Shown here: positions 15,732 to 16,900 of the stretch, one piece after another
Position numbering within the stretch: position 1 is the first letter of the stretch
How the letters are laid out: every line of letters starts with the position of its first letter
From: Gemmatimonadota bacterium
Lineage (GTDB): Bacteria; Gemmatimonadota; Gemmatimonadetes; Gemmatimonadales; GWC2-71-9
Assembly (NCBI GenBank): GCA_039586365.1
Contig: JBDHKN010000096.1
Span: 1-16,900 of the forward strand
Direction: 5' to 3'
DNA length: 16,900 nucleotides
Notes under the pieces: model-generated
Databases searched by the model: none
The model's input: the letters and a program-made list of their open reading frames with translations, nothing else
Told to the model about the DNA's origin: nothing
Translations under genes and position numbers: made by a program

Positions 15732-15927
15732 GCGCCGCGCCGGTTGCGACGTGGATCACTGAATGTCGCTCCCGGGTACATTTATATAGGGTCCCGACAG
15801 GGACTCCAGGTGCCTCTGGACCGCCCTCTACTGGTGGAACTCCTCGGAGACCAGCAAGACGGCCGGGGGCATCTTCCTGCCCTCGTGATACCCAATAGGA
15901 GGCGCAACGGACTCGCGCGAGCGGTGC
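15732..15927 (+). ncRNA. Putative structured RNA (long interrupted hairpin), family unassigned
   Basis: Nested pairings found by eye: 15831-35/15850-54, 15809-19/15863-73, 15798-803/15874-79, 15789-92/15890-93, 15743-48/15903-08, 15732-38/15921-27. Confidence 0.3.
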
Positions 15928-15966
15928 GAAGGTTCCAGCAACAAGGTCGAGTTGTGTAGCAGAGCC

Positions 15967-16554
15967 TCAGTAGATGGTCCCTGGCGCGGCCCTGAAGGTA
16001 CCATTCACCTGCACGGTGTCGCCGACGGTGCCCGAATGGTGGGAATTCTCATCGAACGCCCCTATGAGTTCGAAGGCTCCGGCTATTTCCTGAAACTCTG
16101 AGGTGTCGATAGTGAGAGTCCCCTCAACCGAATGGAACGTCGCCGCAGCAGCAGCGTCAGCGAATGCATAGAGCGCGGAAAAATCATCCAGCGGTATAGC
16201 TCCGGCACCGACATCAGCGATGGCGTAACTGCCCGGCTCCGGTATTTCGAGGTTCTCCCGCTGGAACCACACGACGTTGTAAATCGTACCATTCACGTCG
16301 CCCGTCCAGAGGTAGAACACGAAGAGTATCTGCCCTGCGGTGTTTTGCGTGGTACTGTAGATGGCGTTGCCGGACAGCTGTAGGGTATCGGTTGCCATAA
16401 TCACCGTGGCACTGTAGTCGCCCCGCTCGGTGGGCTCCGTCGAACTGTAGCTGCTGCTGGCGCATGCGGTATATGCGACAGAGATGGCCAGCGAGGCCAA
16501 ACCAACCCCCCATCTTCCAACTCCACCTGCGGCTGAACCAAGACTCATAATCAT
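15967..16554 (-). CDS. Hypothetical lipoprotein, beta-strand rich
   Basis: M(IM)SLGSAAGGVGRWGVGLASLAISVAYTA|C lipobox-like site, Ser/Thr linker, alternating beta-strand pattern, ends ...VQVNGTFRAAPGTIY. Start ATG 16554 or 16548. Confidence 0.7.
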   Translation of the reverse strand: MIMSLGSAAGGVGRWGVGLASLAISVAYTACASSSYSSTEPTERGDYSATVIMATDTLQLSGNAIYSTTQNTAGQILFVFYLWTGDVNGTIYNVVWFQRENLEIPEPGSYAIADVGAGAIPLDDFSALYAFADAAAAATFHSVEGTLTIDTSEFQEIAGAFELIGAFDENSHHSGTVGDTVQVNGTFRAAPGTIY

Positions 16555-16781
16555 CTGCTCACTTCTTTCTTGCAGGACCGTGCCGCGAATCTCGCTTGTG
16601 AGACTGCGCGCGCAGCGGCAGTCAACCCAACGCCAAAGCTGTCCAGCAGCTATTAGACTCCCAGTCACCTGCTTTGGTTCCGCAACTGGAAGATAGTATG
16701 ATAACCGCGCGGCCCCGCGGAGTCGCCGGCGTCTCCGCCAAGAGGTCGGATGGGACAGCAGCGACTGCTAGCGACTCGAGG

Positions 16782-16900
16782 CTAACCTTTCGCGTTACCG
16801 TCGGTCAGCATTATGAAGGGTAGTCCGTGCGCTATGAGTGCGACTCCGACTGCGAGGGCGATCCGCTCCAGCCAAGGCAGCACGTCCGCCACAGCCCAAA
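16782..16900 (-). CDS. C-terminal end of a probable membrane protein (5'-partial)
   Basis: ...WAVADVLPWLERIALAVGVALIAHGLPFIMLTDGNAKG* with TAG at 16782-16784; one hydrophobic helix. Confidence 0.45.
   Translation of the reverse strand, partial: WAVADVLPWLERIALAVGVALIAHGLPFIMLTDGNAKG

Noticed and set aside
15787..15870. ykkC/guanidine-I riboswitch resemblance (TAGGGTCCCG...CTGGACCG)
   Set aside because: Lacks the following GAG and the conserved GGGAYAAAAGCCCGGGAG 3' element, and no co-oriented downstream gene is present.
15690..15959. 89-aa ORF
   Set aside because: TTG start inside a palindrome and no recognisable domain; the region looks non-coding.

Overview
GC-rich bacterial window. The gene families (Hanks-type Ser/Thr kinases with TM/TPR tails, PadR plus duplicated orphan permease, carboxypeptidase-regulatory-like repeat protein with a TonB-plug-like tail) suggest Gemmatimonadota or a similar lineage; this is inference only. 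From left to right: a minus-strand kinase-TM-TPR gene absent from the ORF track (starts 2444, runs off the left edge); a back-to-back junction of two gene tails (TPR-protein C-terminus and SusC-like C-terminus) at 2776/2777; an unassigned stretch with heptamer arrays; PadR and an ADOP-type permease; a multi-TM sensor Ser/Thr kinase; a secreted plug-without-barrel protein whose signal peptide contains an in-frame 14-bp tandem repeat; a secreted CxxC(H) redoxin; an Omp85-barrel protein with an atypical kinase-like N-terminal domain; msrA; a possible structured RNA; a lipoprotein; and a partial membrane-protein gene. The most notable items are the kinase-like/Omp85 fusion, the possible phase-variation repeat, and (CGTCAAT)n arrays placed about 70-80 bp upstream of signalling genes. 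All calls come from reading motifs by eye; no searches were run.
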